DNA from: a virus
Taxonomy: Duplodnaviria; Caudoviricetes
Virus record (IMG/VR): IMGVR_UViG_3300020112_000918
Coordinates: 1-64,000 of that record
Strand: one strand, 5' to 3'
DNA: 64,000 nt
The position numbers and the translations under genes were made by a program. The notes under the pieces were generated by a model. The model ran no database searches. It was not told where the DNA came from and was given only the letters and a program-made list of their open reading frames with translations. Shown in pieces: positions 1 to 9,867 of this stretch. The number at the start of each line of letters is the position of its first letter. The first letter of the stretch is position 1.

Positions 1-32
1 CAAAAATTTTTAAAAAATTTTTAAAAAACCAC

Positions 33-61
33 TTGCCTTTTTTCAAAAAATGAGTTATAAT
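33..61 (+). promoter_or_regulatory. sigma70-type early promoter with A/T-tract UP element
   Basis: TTGCCT (33-38), 17-nt spacer, TATAAT (56-61); alternating A5/T5 tracts at 2-28. Confidence 0.75.
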
Positions 62-112
62 AATAATTGTGAGGTGGTTCAAGCCACTCCAAATAAATAC
101 GGAGGTTCAGAT

Positions 113-565
113 ATGAACGCAGACAAAATTACAAACGGTCGTCTTCCAAACGGAGACATTTCGGTTCCACTCAAGGCTTTGGAAAAGGAATTAAAAGCAA
201 CAATCAGTAAAGGCACTGAAGAAGGACTTACACTTCAGGACAAGGCAAGATTCATTGCAGTAGCAAAAGAATTCACAGACGCCATCGCTTATTACACAGA
301 CGCTTGGACAAACGAAATCAAGGGTCAGGCTTCTTTCAAAGAAGACTTCGTAGACCTGGGGAAATCAGTTTACTTGCGTGAAGGAGCAAGCATGTCTGAG
401 ATCAGCAACGCAGCAATGGATGAAATGAACCTTGCTGAAATCAAAGCAGCTGCTAAGCTCACAGAAAAGGGCTTGAAGGACGCAGGAAGAGCTGACCTGA
501 TTGCAAAATACAAGTCAGTTACAGGTAAGAAAGCACCTAGCCTTATCGTAGGAGCTCTTAAATAG
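113..565 (+). CDS. hypothetical early protein
   Basis: GGAGG SD before ATG 113; the ORF-track start at 50 lies inside the promoter. Confidence 0.7.
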   Translation: MNADKITNGRLPNGDISVPLKALEKELKATISKGTEEGLTLQDKARFIAVAKEFTDAIAYYTDAWTNEIKGQASFKEDFVDLGKSVYLREGASMSEISNAAMDEMNLAEIKAAAKLTEKGLKDAGRADLIAKYKSVTGKKAPSLIVGALK

Positions 566-651
566 AAACAACGGGAGGGAAACCTCCCTTGTCAGGAGGG
601 AGCTCAGGCTCCTTCCTTAATACAAAAAGAAAAATGCACGGGAGAAGCATT

Positions 652-1293
652 ATGAAGAAAACAGAATTCGAATTAGCATGTGGCGCAAAAGCCGGAAATC
701 AGGAAGACCTTTTACAGCTTTGGTCTTTGTACAAAAACGTTTGTATGAGCATTCTTTACAAGGTTGCTCACCTTGAAAACGAAGAACTTGAAAGCGAAGC
801 ATTTATCGTTTTCAGTCACAAACTTGACTTATTCGACCCTAACAAAATTGGAGTTAAGCCAGAGAGCTGGAGCTTCAGTTTTATGGTTACAGGTGGAATG
901 AAGAACTTACGCAGCAAACTTATCAATGAGAGCAAACGCTACAATGAAGTAGTTAAACTCTCGTATGTAGAAAGTGATGACGGAGAAGCTACTGAGTCTG
1001 TAGCTCAGTCCTCACAGGATAAAATCAACTATCAGCTTTACGGGGCACACACATTCGACGTTTACAATCCGGAAAAGTTGGTTATCGCTCAGGAAGACCC
1101 TTTGGATGCAAGAGTAAGACGTTTCTACTCTCGCTTGTCAGCATTCGAAAAAGCCTTGCTTGAAAAACGTAGGGCAGGACTTAAGCTCCAGGAAATTGCA
1201 GATGAGTTCGGTTGCTCCCTCAGCAAAGTAAAAGCACACCTTAAATACGCTAAGGAAATTGCATCTAGCGTATTCGAAGTAGCTTACGCTTAA
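652..1293 (+). CDS. phage sigma-70 family RNA polymerase sigma factor
   Basis: Region-2-like AKAGNQEDLLQLWSLYK...ELESEAFIVF and region-4 HTH LSAFEKALL..RRAGLKLQEIADEFGCSLSKVK; GGAG SD before ATG 652. Confidence 0.8.
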   Translation: MKKTEFELACGAKAGNQEDLLQLWSLYKNVCMSILYKVAHLENEELESEAFIVFSHKLDLFDPNKIGVKPESWSFSFMVTGGMKNLRSKLINESKRYNEVVKLSYVESDDGEATESVAQSSQDKINYQLYGAHTFDVYNPEKLVIAQEDPLDARVRRFYSRLSAFEKALLEKRRAGLKLQEIADEFGCSLSKVKAHLKYAKEIASSVFEVAYA

Positions 1294-1340
1294 ATAGAAA
1301 ACAACGGGCTGCCCGATATGACAGCCCGAGGAGATCAGAT

Positions 1341-1526
1341 ATGATTAAAGAACTTTTAGACCAGATTAAGAACGGAAGAACTAAAGAAGACTTTGTAGCA
1401 GTAAAGGACGCACTTCTTATTATCGCAAGCAACATGTATTACGACGACAAACTTACCAACTCGGAATACAATGAGATCTGTGGGCTCTTAATGAGCATGA
1501 ACGAAATTGTAGCCAAGGCTAACTAA
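1341..1526 (+). CDS. hypothetical protein
   Basis: GAGGAG SD, operon context. Confidence 0.6.
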   Translation: MIKELLDQIKNGRTKEDFVAVKDALLIIASNMYYDDKLTNSEYNEICGLLMSMNEIVAKAN

Positions 1527-1536
1527 GGAGACCTTT

Positions 1537-1929
1537 ATGATTTACACAAACAAAGAAGACATTGTCAACACTTTAAAAAATCAGATTAAGACAGACAAAC
1601 TTACTGCATGGCGAGCACTTAAACGCATCTACGAAAACCAGACAGCCGACGAACAGAGAGCAGAAGTAACACGTTACGAAAACGGAGTAGGCTTTACAGG
1701 AACAGATAGCGAATTCCTTTCAAGCCTTGCTAAGCAGCTTCTTGAAAGAGGCAGCCTGTCAGACAAACAGACTGGCTTCCTTTTCAAGCTGATGCCAAAA
1801 TACGCACGTCAACTAGTTGAAGGCTCTATCGCCGAAGGAAAAATCATTCACAAATACAACCGTTATTTCACAACTCAGGATGAACTTATTATTTACGAAA
1901 CAGAACTGAGTAACAAGAAGACAGCTTAG
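1537..1929 (+). CDS. hypothetical phage protein
   Basis: AAGGAG SD; 130-aa ORF. Confidence 0.65.
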   Translation: MIYTNKEDIVNTLKNQIKTDKLTAWRALKRIYENQTADEQRAEVTRYENGVGFTGTDSEFLSSLAKQLLERGSLSDKQTGFLFKLMPKYARQLVEGSIAEGKIIHKYNRYFTTQDELIIYETELSNKKTA

Positions 1930-1940
1930 GAGGAAGGAAT

Positions 1941-2243
1941 ATGCTTAACTTGATTTTTGGAACAGTAGCAACTTTGATTGCATTTACAGGGTTTGTAGTA
2001 GCACCAAACATTATTATTAACACTCCCGTAGGAGACAAGATTCCGATGGGAGTAGTTTTCGGGTTCACTTGCTTTGTAGCAGTTATCGGGGATATCTTCC
2101 TTGCAATGTTTACAAACAACGTAGCTTGGGTATGGGGACTCCTTGCAGGATTTTTCCTTATGCTAGGCTTGGGCTTAGTTTTAGCACGAATTGCAAACGC
2201 CACTTATCCAAAGCATAACGACGAGGAGGACGGCAATGAATAG
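1941..2243 (+). CDS. membrane protein (about 3 TM)
   Basis: Three hydrophobic segments; strong SD. Confidence 0.65.
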   Translation: MLNLIFGTVATLIAFTGFVVAPNIIINTPVGDKIPMGVVFGFTCFVAVIGDIFLAMFTNNVAWVWGLLAGFFLMLGLGLVLARIANATYPKHNDEEDGNE

Positions 2244-2496
2244 AAGCATTTCTGAGATTGTAAAAGAAATTAATGACCGATTTGAACATGACGGCTCTCA
2301 TTTAAGGGCTTACGAAACAACAAGTGACAATCAGTTTGTAATAGAAGTAAGTCGGGGCGACTGGAAGCATGAACACCTTTATGCCAAGTTTGTAGTAAGA
2401 GAGATAGCTCCGTTTCTTAAGCTCGAAGTTTATAACGAAGAGCATGACGGCTCTGACTGCTATTCCGCAGACTACTATTACTCAAAAGCAGCATAA
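2236..2496 (+). CDS. hypothetical protein
   Basis: GGAGG SD before ATG 2236. Confidence 0.6.
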   Translation: MNRSISEIVKEINDRFEHDGSHLRAYETTSDNQFVIEVSRGDWKHEHLYAKFVVREIAPFLKLEVYNEEHDGSDCYSADYYYSKAA

Positions 2497-2513
2497 CCGT
2501 TGCAGAACTTTAC

Positions 2514-2523
2514 GGAATTATAA
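2514..2523 (+). promoter_or_regulatory. phage promoter motif GGAATTATAA (class 2, putative middle); representative of about 12 copies
   Basis: Copies at 2514, 6271, 9843 (GGAATTACAA), 12766, 19803, 20500, 22975, 30359, 41171 (GGAATTATAC) on + and 53389, 55528, 58458 on -, all at gene boundaries and oriented into the downstream gene. Confidence 0.75.
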
Positions 2524-2577
2524 TAAAGGACAGGGAAACAAACCACCCTGACCTTTTTTGTTTTGGAGGATAACAAA

Positions 2578-3546
2578 ATGAGGATTTTAATCTCGCACAG
2601 AGATCTTGACGGACTAGGAGTCATTGTTCTACGAGACTACTTTAACTTGCCTTTTGATGCAGTTTATTCCTGGGACTACGGATTTATCGAAATTCCAGAA
2701 TGTAAAAAGATTATTGACGCTGCCGACGAAATTATTATGGCAGACCTTTCCATTCCGGAAGAAAGTTATGATGAACTTATTAAAGCCGGAAAGCACGTTG
2801 AAATCTATGATCACCACGATACAGCTAAATGGCTCGACACAAAAGAAGGCAGTGTCCACGATGAAGAACGCTGCGGAACAAAAATCTTCTTTGAAGAATA
2901 CGTGCTTCCACGTGTAGGACGATTTAAGCCGATTGTAAAACAGTTTGTAAACTTAGTAGATGTTTATGACCGTTGGGTTCTTGACTCTCCTTTGCGTAAG
3001 GAATCAGAAAACCTTCAGAGAGTCTGGACAGCTTACGCAAACTGGAACTGTCCGGACAACATTATGCAGCATGACCGATTTATTATGCAGATGTGCCGAA
3101 AGTTTGACAGTATGACATCTTTTGCTTGGAACGTCACAGAGCAGTCTTACATTGATACAGCAATTCAGAAAGAAGAAAACTCTTATCAACAAGCGTTAAA
3201 CGTTATTCAAGACCGAGTAGACAATCAGGGAAGAACTTTCGGTATCTGGAAAGCGTGGGGTAGAATTTCTATTACAGCGTCTCGCATTCTTAGAGAAACA
3301 GACCGTTATGATTACCTTATCTGTCTTCAGGATTCTCCTGACAACTGGGGAAAAGTTTCTGTAAGATGTCTTGAAGAAAAGTTTGACGTAACTCAACTTG
3401 CTTCCGTAGGAGGACATAAAGCTGCGGGTGGAACAACTCTTTCTGCAGAAGATGCGACAGCTTTGTGGGAAAGTCCTTTGTGCTTTAAGTACGGGGCTGA
3501 CTGGAAAGAGGGCGAAAGTCCTATTGAACCTTGTAAATCATTTTAA
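2578..3546 (+). CDS. DHH/DHHA1 family phosphoesterase (NrnB-like)
   Basis: Motifs HRDLDG, ADLS, YDHH, SVR, GGHKAAGG. Confidence 0.85.
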   Translation: MRILISHRDLDGLGVIVLRDYFNLPFDAVYSWDYGFIEIPECKKIIDAADEIIMADLSIPEESYDELIKAGKHVEIYDHHDTAKWLDTKEGSVHDEERCGTKIFFEEYVLPRVGRFKPIVKQFVNLVDVYDRWVLDSPLRKESENLQRVWTAYANWNCPDNIMQHDRFIMQMCRKFDSMTSFAWNVTEQSYIDTAIQKEENSYQQALNVIQDRVDNQGRTFGIWKAWGRISITASRILRETDRYDYLICLQDSPDNWGKVSVRCLEEKFDVTQLASVGGHKAAGGTTLSAEDATALWESPLCFKYGADWKEGESPIEPCKSF

Positions 3547-3557
3547 GGAGAAAATAA

Positions 3558-4211
3558 ATGACAGAAGATCAGCAGAAAAAACTTGATGCAACTCTTTTGA
3601 ACATTCAGAAGAAGTATGGCAAAGGATCCATTTCTATGTTTGGTAAGAACCAAGTTAAAGTAGAAAGGGTTCCAGTCAGTTCAATGAACTTGACTGACAT
3701 GATGGGAGGTGGCTTTCCACGTGGACGTATGATTGAGATCTACGGTCCAGAAAGTTCCGGAAAGACTACTCTGGCAGAATACATCGGAGGACAGTGTCAG
3801 CAGCATTATTACGAAGACAAACAGCGTAATGGTATGGTCGCTTACGTAGACGTAGAACACGCTCTTGATCCAGTATTCGCAGAATCTGTAGGACTTCACA
3901 TGGAAGACGTTTTGTTCTCTCAGCCAGACTCTGCAGAACAGGCACTTGACATCGTAAACGACTTGCTCCTTTCCGATGTAGTCGACCTTATCGTAGTTGA
4001 CTCAGTAGCTGCTCTTGTTCCACAGGCAGAAGCAGACGGAGAAATGGGAGATCAGCAGATGGGTCTTCAGGCTCGTCTTATGTCTAAGGCTTGTCGTAAG
4101 CTCCAGGCAAACATGACAAGTAAGTCTGCTTCAATTATTTGGATTAACCAGATTCGTGAAAAGATTGGATGCGTCGCACCTGATACGATGATTAGCTGGT
4201 TGAAAAAATAA
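3558..4211 (+). CDS. recA: RecA N-terminal part fused to 13-aa split-intein N-fragment
   Basis: GPESSGKTT Walker A, IVVDSVAAL, GLQARLMSKA, INQIREKIG then CVAPDTMISWLKK-stop. Confidence 0.92.
   Translation: MTEDQQKKLDATLLNIQKKYGKGSISMFGKNQVKVERVPVSSMNLTDMMGGGFPRGRMIEIYGPESSGKTTLAEYIGGQCQQHYYEDKQRNGMVAYVDVEHALDPVFAESVGLHMEDVLFSQPDSAEQALDIVNDLLLSDVVDLIVVDSVAALVPQAEADGEMGDQQMGLQARLMSKACRKLQANMTSKSASIIWINQIREKIGCVAPDTMISWLKK
4170..4208 (+). mobile_element. split intein N-fragment (13 aa)
   Basis: Block-A-like CVAPDTMI begins exactly where RecA homology stops (after KIG). Confidence 0.85.
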
Positions 4212-4229
4212 GTTTTTCTGATTTATAAG

Positions 4230-4236
4230 CCTATTT
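4230..4236 (+). promoter_or_regulatory. phage promoter motif CCTATTT (class 3, putative late); representative of about 18 copies
   Basis: Copies at 4230, 11397, 19273, 24260, 26212, 33352, 36264, 37950, 41679, 43672, 47640, 49279 (+) and 50061, 53130, 53706, 58107, 59700, 61676 (-); they precede spike, tape measure, baseplate, tube, sheath and lysis genes. Confidence 0.8.
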
Positions 4237-4240
4237 ATCT

Positions 4241-5227
4241 ATGAACAGAATAGACAATCTTAAGCAGCACCCAGGAATCTGCTCTAAGTGTGAGGTTTAC
4301 TCAGAAGTTCTTTGGAAAGGAAAATGTCCTTCCTGTTTTAGGAAGGATTTCAAGTGGTCTTCAGAGGTTAAAGAAAAGATTAGGAAAGCGAATACTGGAA
4401 AAAACAATTCCTCCAGAGGTAAAGCTATCTCAAAAGGTCTTCAACAAAAACCTTTGACCGAAAAAGAGTGGGAACTTTTAAGAAAATTTCATGCAGAGCA
4501 TCCTTGGATTTCTAATGTGGAGGTTTTTGTAAAAAGATCAGAAATAGAAAAGGTATATGGTGAACGTTTAAAGAAAGCTAAATTAGAAGAAATTTGGGAG
4601 AAAATAATAAAGCCTTCACAAGATAAAGATAGAAAGAGCTTACCTCTCAAAGTTCAAATGTGGAGTGATGAAACCATTAAAAACTTTCTATTGGATATAG
4701 ACAGGGTTGAATACTTTAGTGGAACAGCTCAATCTTTTTTCGCAGCAAAGTATAACGTAAAAAGTGTAAACGCATTTGTACACTATGTCGAAGTTTTTTC
4801 CGGTAAAAAGTTATTTGGATTTCCCTCTACTTCTAAACCACGACCAAAACAGACTTGGATAGAAAAGTGGTGTCGAGAGTGTTTACTTGAGTTTAAAGTT
4901 AGGTTTCGTGCAGAACGATATGTAAATAACTGTAAATGGAGAGTAGATTTTCTTGTCGGTAAAAATTTAGTAATTGAAATGAATGGAACATATACTCATG
5001 GAGATGCAAGAGTTTATGAAGAAGAAGACTTAAACGATTTTCAAAAAGCTAATAAGAAAAGAGACAAGGAAAAAATTTCGTGGCTAAAAAATAACGGCTA
5101 TGAAGTTTTGGAAATTTGGGAAAAGGACTTAGAGGAACATCCTCGAAAGTGTAAAAAACAGCTAAAAGAATTTGTAGGAGACTATATCAATGGAGCAGAA
5201 AACGACCTCTTTAGAGACATTGTTTAA
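4241..5227 (+). CDS. free-standing homing endonuclease, Vsr/DUF559-like
   Basis: C-terminal TWIEK...VDFLV...VIEMNGTYTHG...GYEVLEIWEKDL; N-terminal CxxC/CxxC and NUMOD-like segment; lies between the two recA halves. Confidence 0.8.
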   Translation: MNRIDNLKQHPGICSKCEVYSEVLWKGKCPSCFRKDFKWSSEVKEKIRKANTGKNNSSRGKAISKGLQQKPLTEKEWELLRKFHAEHPWISNVEVFVKRSEIEKVYGERLKKAKLEEIWEKIIKPSQDKDRKSLPLKVQMWSDETIKNFLLDIDRVEYFSGTAQSFFAAKYNVKSVNAFVHYVEVFSGKKLFGFPSTSKPRPKQTWIEKWCRECLLEFKVRFRAERYVNNCKWRVDFLVGKNLVIEMNGTYTHGDARVYEEEDLNDFQKANKKRDKEKISWLKNNGYEVLEIWEKDLEEHPRKCKKQLKEFVGDYINGAENDLFRDIV

Positions 5228-5633
5228 AGAAGGATTTGGACTGGACTGGAAACAGATGGCTATAGGTGAAGCCGTGGATGTTTCTGACAAAAATGTGTTT
5301 GTAAGTTCTTACTCACATGAAGAAAATAAAGAAGTTCAAGCAAAAGTACTTAAAGCTGTAAGAAAACCAGACGCTAAAAAATGTGTTTTCTATACAGAAG
5401 GAAAACGAATGTTTGATGGATCCCCAGATCATAAAGTTTGGGCAAAATTGCATTTGGATAAAGACGCTGCTTATTTTACAGCTGAACAGCTTTCTAAAAA
5501 AACTTTTTATTTATTTAACGGGAAAGATTGGAAAGCATCTTCTGTAGAAATTACAAAAGAATTTATTCCAATTTTGGATGTAGAGATTGAAAATACCCAT
5601 AATTATTTTTCTAATGGGGTTTTGTCTCATAAT
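5190..5633 (+). mobile_element. split intein C-fragment
   Basis: Ends His-Asn followed by Thr(+1) at 5634. Confidence 0.88.
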
Positions 5634-6200
5634 ACTATTTACGGTAACCCTGAAGTAACCACGGGAGGTAACGCACTCAAGTTCTACGCTTCAATTCGTT
5701 TTACTATCCGTCGTAAAGAAAACATCACAGGTATGAACGCAGATGATGTTATTGGAATTGTTTCGGCTCTTAAGACAATCAAGAACAAAGTAGCTCCACC
5801 TTTTAAGACCTGTGAACTGAAACTTCTTTTCGGTAAGGGCTATCAGGTAGAAGAAGAATATGTTACAGCTTTTGTAAAACGCACTCTTATTGAAAAATCA
5901 GGTAGTTGGTTCAGCTGGAACTATAAAGACGTTTCTGGAAAAGATGCTTCTCACAAAGAACAGGGTATGGACAATGTAGTTGAATGGTTCAAGGACAACC
6001 CTGTAATCTTTGAACAGTTTAAGCGTAAAGTCCAGGACATGATTGCTCAGGAATCTAACGTCATTACTCAGACAGAAGAAAACGAAGAAGAAGTTATCAA
6101 GCAGCAGACTAAACTTGAAAAAGAAGCCTTTGCTGATTTACACACTCCTTCAGGAGCAGCAGACCTTGCCTCCGCAGCATTAGACGCAGCAAGCAACTAA
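5190..6200 (+). CDS. recA: split-intein C-fragment (148 aa) fused to RecA C-terminal part
   Basis: SPDH block B, ILDVEIENTHNYFSNGVLSHN blocks F/G, then T-IYGNPEVTTGGNALKFYAS...IKNKVAPPFK; GGAG SD. Confidence 0.92.
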   Translation: MEQKTTSLETLFKEGFGLDWKQMAIGEAVDVSDKNVFVSSYSHEENKEVQAKVLKAVRKPDAKKCVFYTEGKRMFDGSPDHKVWAKLHLDKDAAYFTAEQLSKKTFYLFNGKDWKASSVEITKEFIPILDVEIENTHNYFSNGVLSHNTIYGNPEVTTGGNALKFYASIRFTIRRKENITGMNADDVIGIVSALKTIKNKVAPPFKTCELKLLFGKGYQVEEEYVTAFVKRTLIEKSGSWFSWNYKDVSGKDASHKEQGMDNVVEWFKDNPVIFEQFKRKVQDMIAQESNVITQTEENEEEVIKQQTKLEKEAFADLHTPSGAADLASAALDAASN

Positions 6201-6296
6201 ACTTTATCCGAACTAAAAAAGAGGGGATTAGGGCGAACGACAAAAATCGTTCGCTCTTTTTGTTTCTGCAGGAATTATAAAAGTAGAGGATAATCT

Positions 6297-8402
6297 ATGA
6301 AATTTACTTATATTAAACTTATCAACTTCGGTAACAACAAGAATTTTGAGAAGACTTTGGATAAGCCTTTGCTTATTTTATCTGGGGATAACGGTAACGG
6401 AAAAAGCACTGTTATCAAAGCAATTCGTCTTGCAGTATTTGACTCTTATGACGGAGTTTTAAGCGATTACGTCAATTGGGAAGCAAAAGAATTTTACATT
6501 GAAATCGGATTTAACCACAAGGCAGTAGATTACAAGATTACTATCCGATACGATGGATCAACAGAGCGTAAACTTGAGTTCGGGTCAGAAACTTACTCAG
6601 GCGATGAAGCTAAGCGAAAACTCAAGGAAATTCTGGATCCAACCTTATTAAAAGCAGCTATGCTTTCTTTGGAACAGGAAACAGACGTTGTAAACGCAAA
6701 GCCCGCAGAAAGACGTGATCACCTTAAGAAAATCTACAACTTAGACTTCAAGCAGCCTTTAGCAGATATTGATGCTGAACTTAAAGAGCATTCTTTGAAT
6801 GTAGCTAAACTTACTTCTACTGTTGAGAGCTTAGAAAATAAGACGTATCTGGAACCAACGAAGCCAGAAAAACCTTTTTCAGAAGAAGTGAAAGCAACTT
6901 ACGAAAAAGAGCTTGCTTCTATTCAGGTAAATCTTGCTGACCTTAAAAAACAGTCCGAACAAGCAAAGAGCAACCGTGAGCAGTATCAGAGATTACTTGA
7001 CGAACAAACTTCCCTGACTTCTAAAAAGGACTCCGAGAAGCAATCCTTGGACGTGCAGAAAGCCAAACTTGCTAAACTTCCAGAAGACGAGCAGAATGAA
7101 AAGATACAGCTTGAAACTCAGTTAAAGGACTGTGCTCAGGATAGAGCTCGTATTGAAGGAGAGATAGGAGAAAGCATTCAGCAAAAACAGAAAGAACTTG
7201 CTTCTACAAAATCCAGCCTTAAGCGTGTAGGCGTATTCGATCAGGATTCTTATGTAACTCTTAAAGCTGAAGTTACTTCTTTGGAGAACAAACTTTCTGA
7301 CTTAAGAAATGCAACAGACGTTTGTCCTACTTGCGGACAGAGTATAAACTCTCCTGAACATATTGCAAAGAGAGACGAAGAGATTAAAACCTTAAGCTCT
7401 ACTCTTGAAGAAAAGCGTAAAGAGTATGAACAGAAAACCTCTGCCAAGAAAGTTTACGATGAAGCCGTTACTCACAACCAGAAAGTAAAGGACACTTGTG
7501 CTGAACTGGAAAAAGAAATTACCACTTTAACAGCAGACAAGGAAAAGCACCTTTTAACTTGTGAGTCTAACACTAAGTCTGTAGAAACTGCTATCGGAGT
7601 TCTTTCAGAAAAATACGCTACTGAAAAGTTGCACGTAGAAGAGCTTATTCAGTCTATTGAAAAGAACATTAATCAGATAGAAGAAAATCTGGCAAAGAAC
7701 TTGTCTGAAGCAGAAAGTCTTAAAGGTCAGATTTCTGATATCGATTACTCTTCTGAGATTAAGAAACTTGAAGACGAAGTTGCAGATTACGATGCTAAAC
7801 TTAAGAGCTTTGCTGACTACGAAAGTCAGGTAGTCTTCTACAAAGACACTATGGCTAAGGTCGACGAACAGAAAAAAGAAGATGCTAAGCGTCTTGATGA
7901 AATTAAGACATCTCTGCAGGAAGAATCGGCTACAGTAAAAGACCGTGAAATAGAAGCTAAGCTGCTTAAAACGGACTTCCCTGTTTACGTAATTTCAAGA
8001 GTTGTGAAAGACCTTGAAAAGCGTATGAATGAATTCCTTAAGAAAACCTACGGTGGTCGCTATACTGTAAAAATGAAGGACAAGGGAAATGCTCTTCACA
8101 TTGTTTACGGTCCGAAAGATCAGGATGTAGCTCTTTCTTCTGGCTATGAAAGAAGTTTGTTCAACCTTGCTTTTAAGATTTCAATTTCTAGAGCTATTGG
8201 TAACAAGTGTCTTGTTCTTGATGAAGCAGACAGTGCTGCCAGTCCACGTAACGCTAAACTATTTTATGAGGTGCTTGCTCAGACAGTGGGAACTTACTTT
8301 GATCAGGTCATCCTTGTATCTCATAAAGATGAAGTAAAAGAGATGCTGGAAAACGAGTACGGGGCAGAAGTCCTCACTTTTGTAGGAGGTGTTGCTTCGT
8401 GA
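6297..8402 (+). CDS. SbcC/Rad50/gp46-like SMC ATPase
   Basis: GDNGNGKS Walker A, coiled coils, CPTC zinc hook, LSSGYE signature, LVLDE. Confidence 0.9.
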   Translation: MKFTYIKLINFGNNKNFEKTLDKPLLILSGDNGNGKSTVIKAIRLAVFDSYDGVLSDYVNWEAKEFYIEIGFNHKAVDYKITIRYDGSTERKLEFGSETYSGDEAKRKLKEILDPTLLKAAMLSLEQETDVVNAKPAERRDHLKKIYNLDFKQPLADIDAELKEHSLNVAKLTSTVESLENKTYLEPTKPEKPFSEEVKATYEKELASIQVNLADLKKQSEQAKSNREQYQRLLDEQTSLTSKKDSEKQSLDVQKAKLAKLPEDEQNEKIQLETQLKDCAQDRARIEGEIGESIQQKQKELASTKSSLKRVGVFDQDSYVTLKAEVTSLENKLSDLRNATDVCPTCGQSINSPEHIAKRDEEIKTLSSTLEEKRKEYEQKTSAKKVYDEAVTHNQKVKDTCAELEKEITTLTADKEKHLLTCESNTKSVETAIGVLSEKYATEKLHVEELIQSIEKNINQIEENLAKNLSEAESLKGQISDIDYSSEIKKLEDEVADYDAKLKSFADYESQVVFYKDTMAKVDEQKKEDAKRLDEIKTSLQEESATVKDREIEAKLLKTDFPVYVISRVVKDLEKRMNEFLKKTYGGRYTVKMKDKGNALHIVYGPKDQDVALSSGYERSLFNLAFKISISRAIGNKCLVLDEADSAASPRNAKLFYEVLAQTVGTYFDQVILVSHKDEVKEMLENEYGAEVLTFVGGVAS

Positions 8403-8872
8403 AAAAGTATCAAGGATATACAGATGGCTCCGGAAATAACACGGGCGACAAGTCTGGAGGATGGGCTTTTGTCCTTGACTTTAGTGGTTTCCGAGTAGAG
8501 TCTTCTGGCTACGAAAAAGACACAACCAACAATCGTATGGAGATTATGGGAGTTATGAAACTGCTTGAGTATCTTGACTCCCACTTTCCAGACGCTGCAG
8601 GGAATATTAATATTACGTCAGACTCCCAGTACGTGATTAAATCAATTACGGAGTGGCGTTTTAATTGGGCTAAACACGGGTGGAAAACTTCTTCCGGACC
8701 TGTGAAAAACATGGACTTGTGGGAAAAACTTAACCCACTTGCTGATAAATTAAAACCTGAGTTTACTTGGATCAGAGGGCATACAGGACACGAGCAGAAT
8801 GAACGCTGCGATGAACTTGCAGGATTTTCCAGAATTCAGGAAAAAGAAATAGAAAGAAGAGTAAGACTATGA
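8399..8872 (+). CDS. rnhA: ribonuclease HI
   Basis: YTDGS, TTNNRMEI, SDSQYV, VKNMDLW, WIRGHTGHEQNERCDELA. Confidence 0.95.
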   Translation: MKKYQGYTDGSGNNTGDKSGGWAFVLDFSGFRVESSGYEKDTTNNRMEIMGVMKLLEYLDSHFPDAAGNINITSDSQYVIKSITEWRFNWAKHGWKTSSGPVKNMDLWEKLNPLADKLKPEFTWIRGHTGHEQNERCDELAGFSRIQEKEIERRVRL

Positions 8873-9834
8873 TACGGGAACCAACAGAATATGAAGCACG
8901 TAACTTGTTAATAAGCTCCGGAATTCGTTTCGAAGACAAGGGACATTATTTTTCTATTAGATGTCCCTTCCATAAAAATGGTATGGAAAAATCGGCTTCA
9001 GCTGCTTTGTATAAATCTAATTGGTTCTTTAAGTGCTTTACTTGTAATGAGGGTATGCCGTTCCACAAGCTCTATCAAGAGCTGAAACACGAACCCTGGA
9101 ACGAGCATGGAACAATTAAACTAGTAGAAAAAGATTTATACGAGCGACGAATTCAGGCTCTTGAAAAAGAGCGAAGTTCCTTTGAGATAGTAGCCGGAAA
9201 AATCACAGAAGTCTACGATAACGCAAAAGCCTTAGCATACTGCCGAAGTAGGAGTTTGTCGGATGCTTTTATAAAGGAGTTCAAAATCCGAGCAACGGAT
9301 CTTTGCCAGTTTAAGAACAAGAAACTGTGGCGAGACAGACTTCTTATTCCGATCTATTATCAGGGAGAGCTTTACTCTTTAGAGGGTCGAGATTACTTAA
9401 GAACGCAAGTTCCTAAATGTCTTTATCCGAAGGATGCTCAAGTAAGTATCTGCTTTAATCAAGACAACTTGAAGAAGGATGAGCCTTTAGTTGTTTGTGA
9501 AGGACTTATGGACATTCCGAAAGTTTGGGATCACGTGACAAAGAATGTTACTGTAACTTTCGGAGTAAGCCTTGCTCAAGAGCAGAAAGATTTTTTAAAA
9601 GACCATAAAAACCTTATCTTGTTTATCGATGACGACGAAGCAGGACACAGCTCGATAGACTTTTTTGAAGGCTTTATGGAGAACGATTTTAAGGTAGCGA
9701 GAGTACGGGGCAAAGACCCAGGAGACTCTACTCCGGAAGAAATCGAATATGCAATTTCCCACGCTAAGCCGTTTGGGGAATTTATAGTAGAAGAGTCAGG
9801 ACTTTTTACACATGACAAGTTCTCGCTCTGTTAA
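8869..9834 (+). CDS. DNA primase (CHC2 zinc finger + TOPRIM)
   Basis: CPFH...CFTC; VCEGLMD; IDDDEAG; KDPGD. Confidence 0.88.
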   Translation: MIREPTEYEARNLLISSGIRFEDKGHYFSIRCPFHKNGMEKSASAALYKSNWFFKCFTCNEGMPFHKLYQELKHEPWNEHGTIKLVEKDLYERRIQALEKERSSFEIVAGKITEVYDNAKALAYCRSRSLSDAFIKEFKIRATDLCQFKNKKLWRDRLLIPIYYQGELYSLEGRDYLRTQVPKCLYPKDAQVSICFNQDNLKKDEPLVVCEGLMDIPKVWDHVTKNVTVTFGVSLAQEQKDFLKDHKNLILFIDDDEAGHSSIDFFEGFMENDFKVARVRGKDPGDSTPEEIEYAISHAKPFGEFIVEESGLFTHDKFSLC

Positions 9835-9867
9835 TAATTTACGGAATTACAATTTGTGGAGGATAAA

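Noticed and set aside
4209-5190. Group I intron interrupting recA
   Set aside because: Only 29 non-coding nt flank the nuclease ORF and it overlaps the next gene, leaving no room for a ribozyme core; intein motifs explain the split
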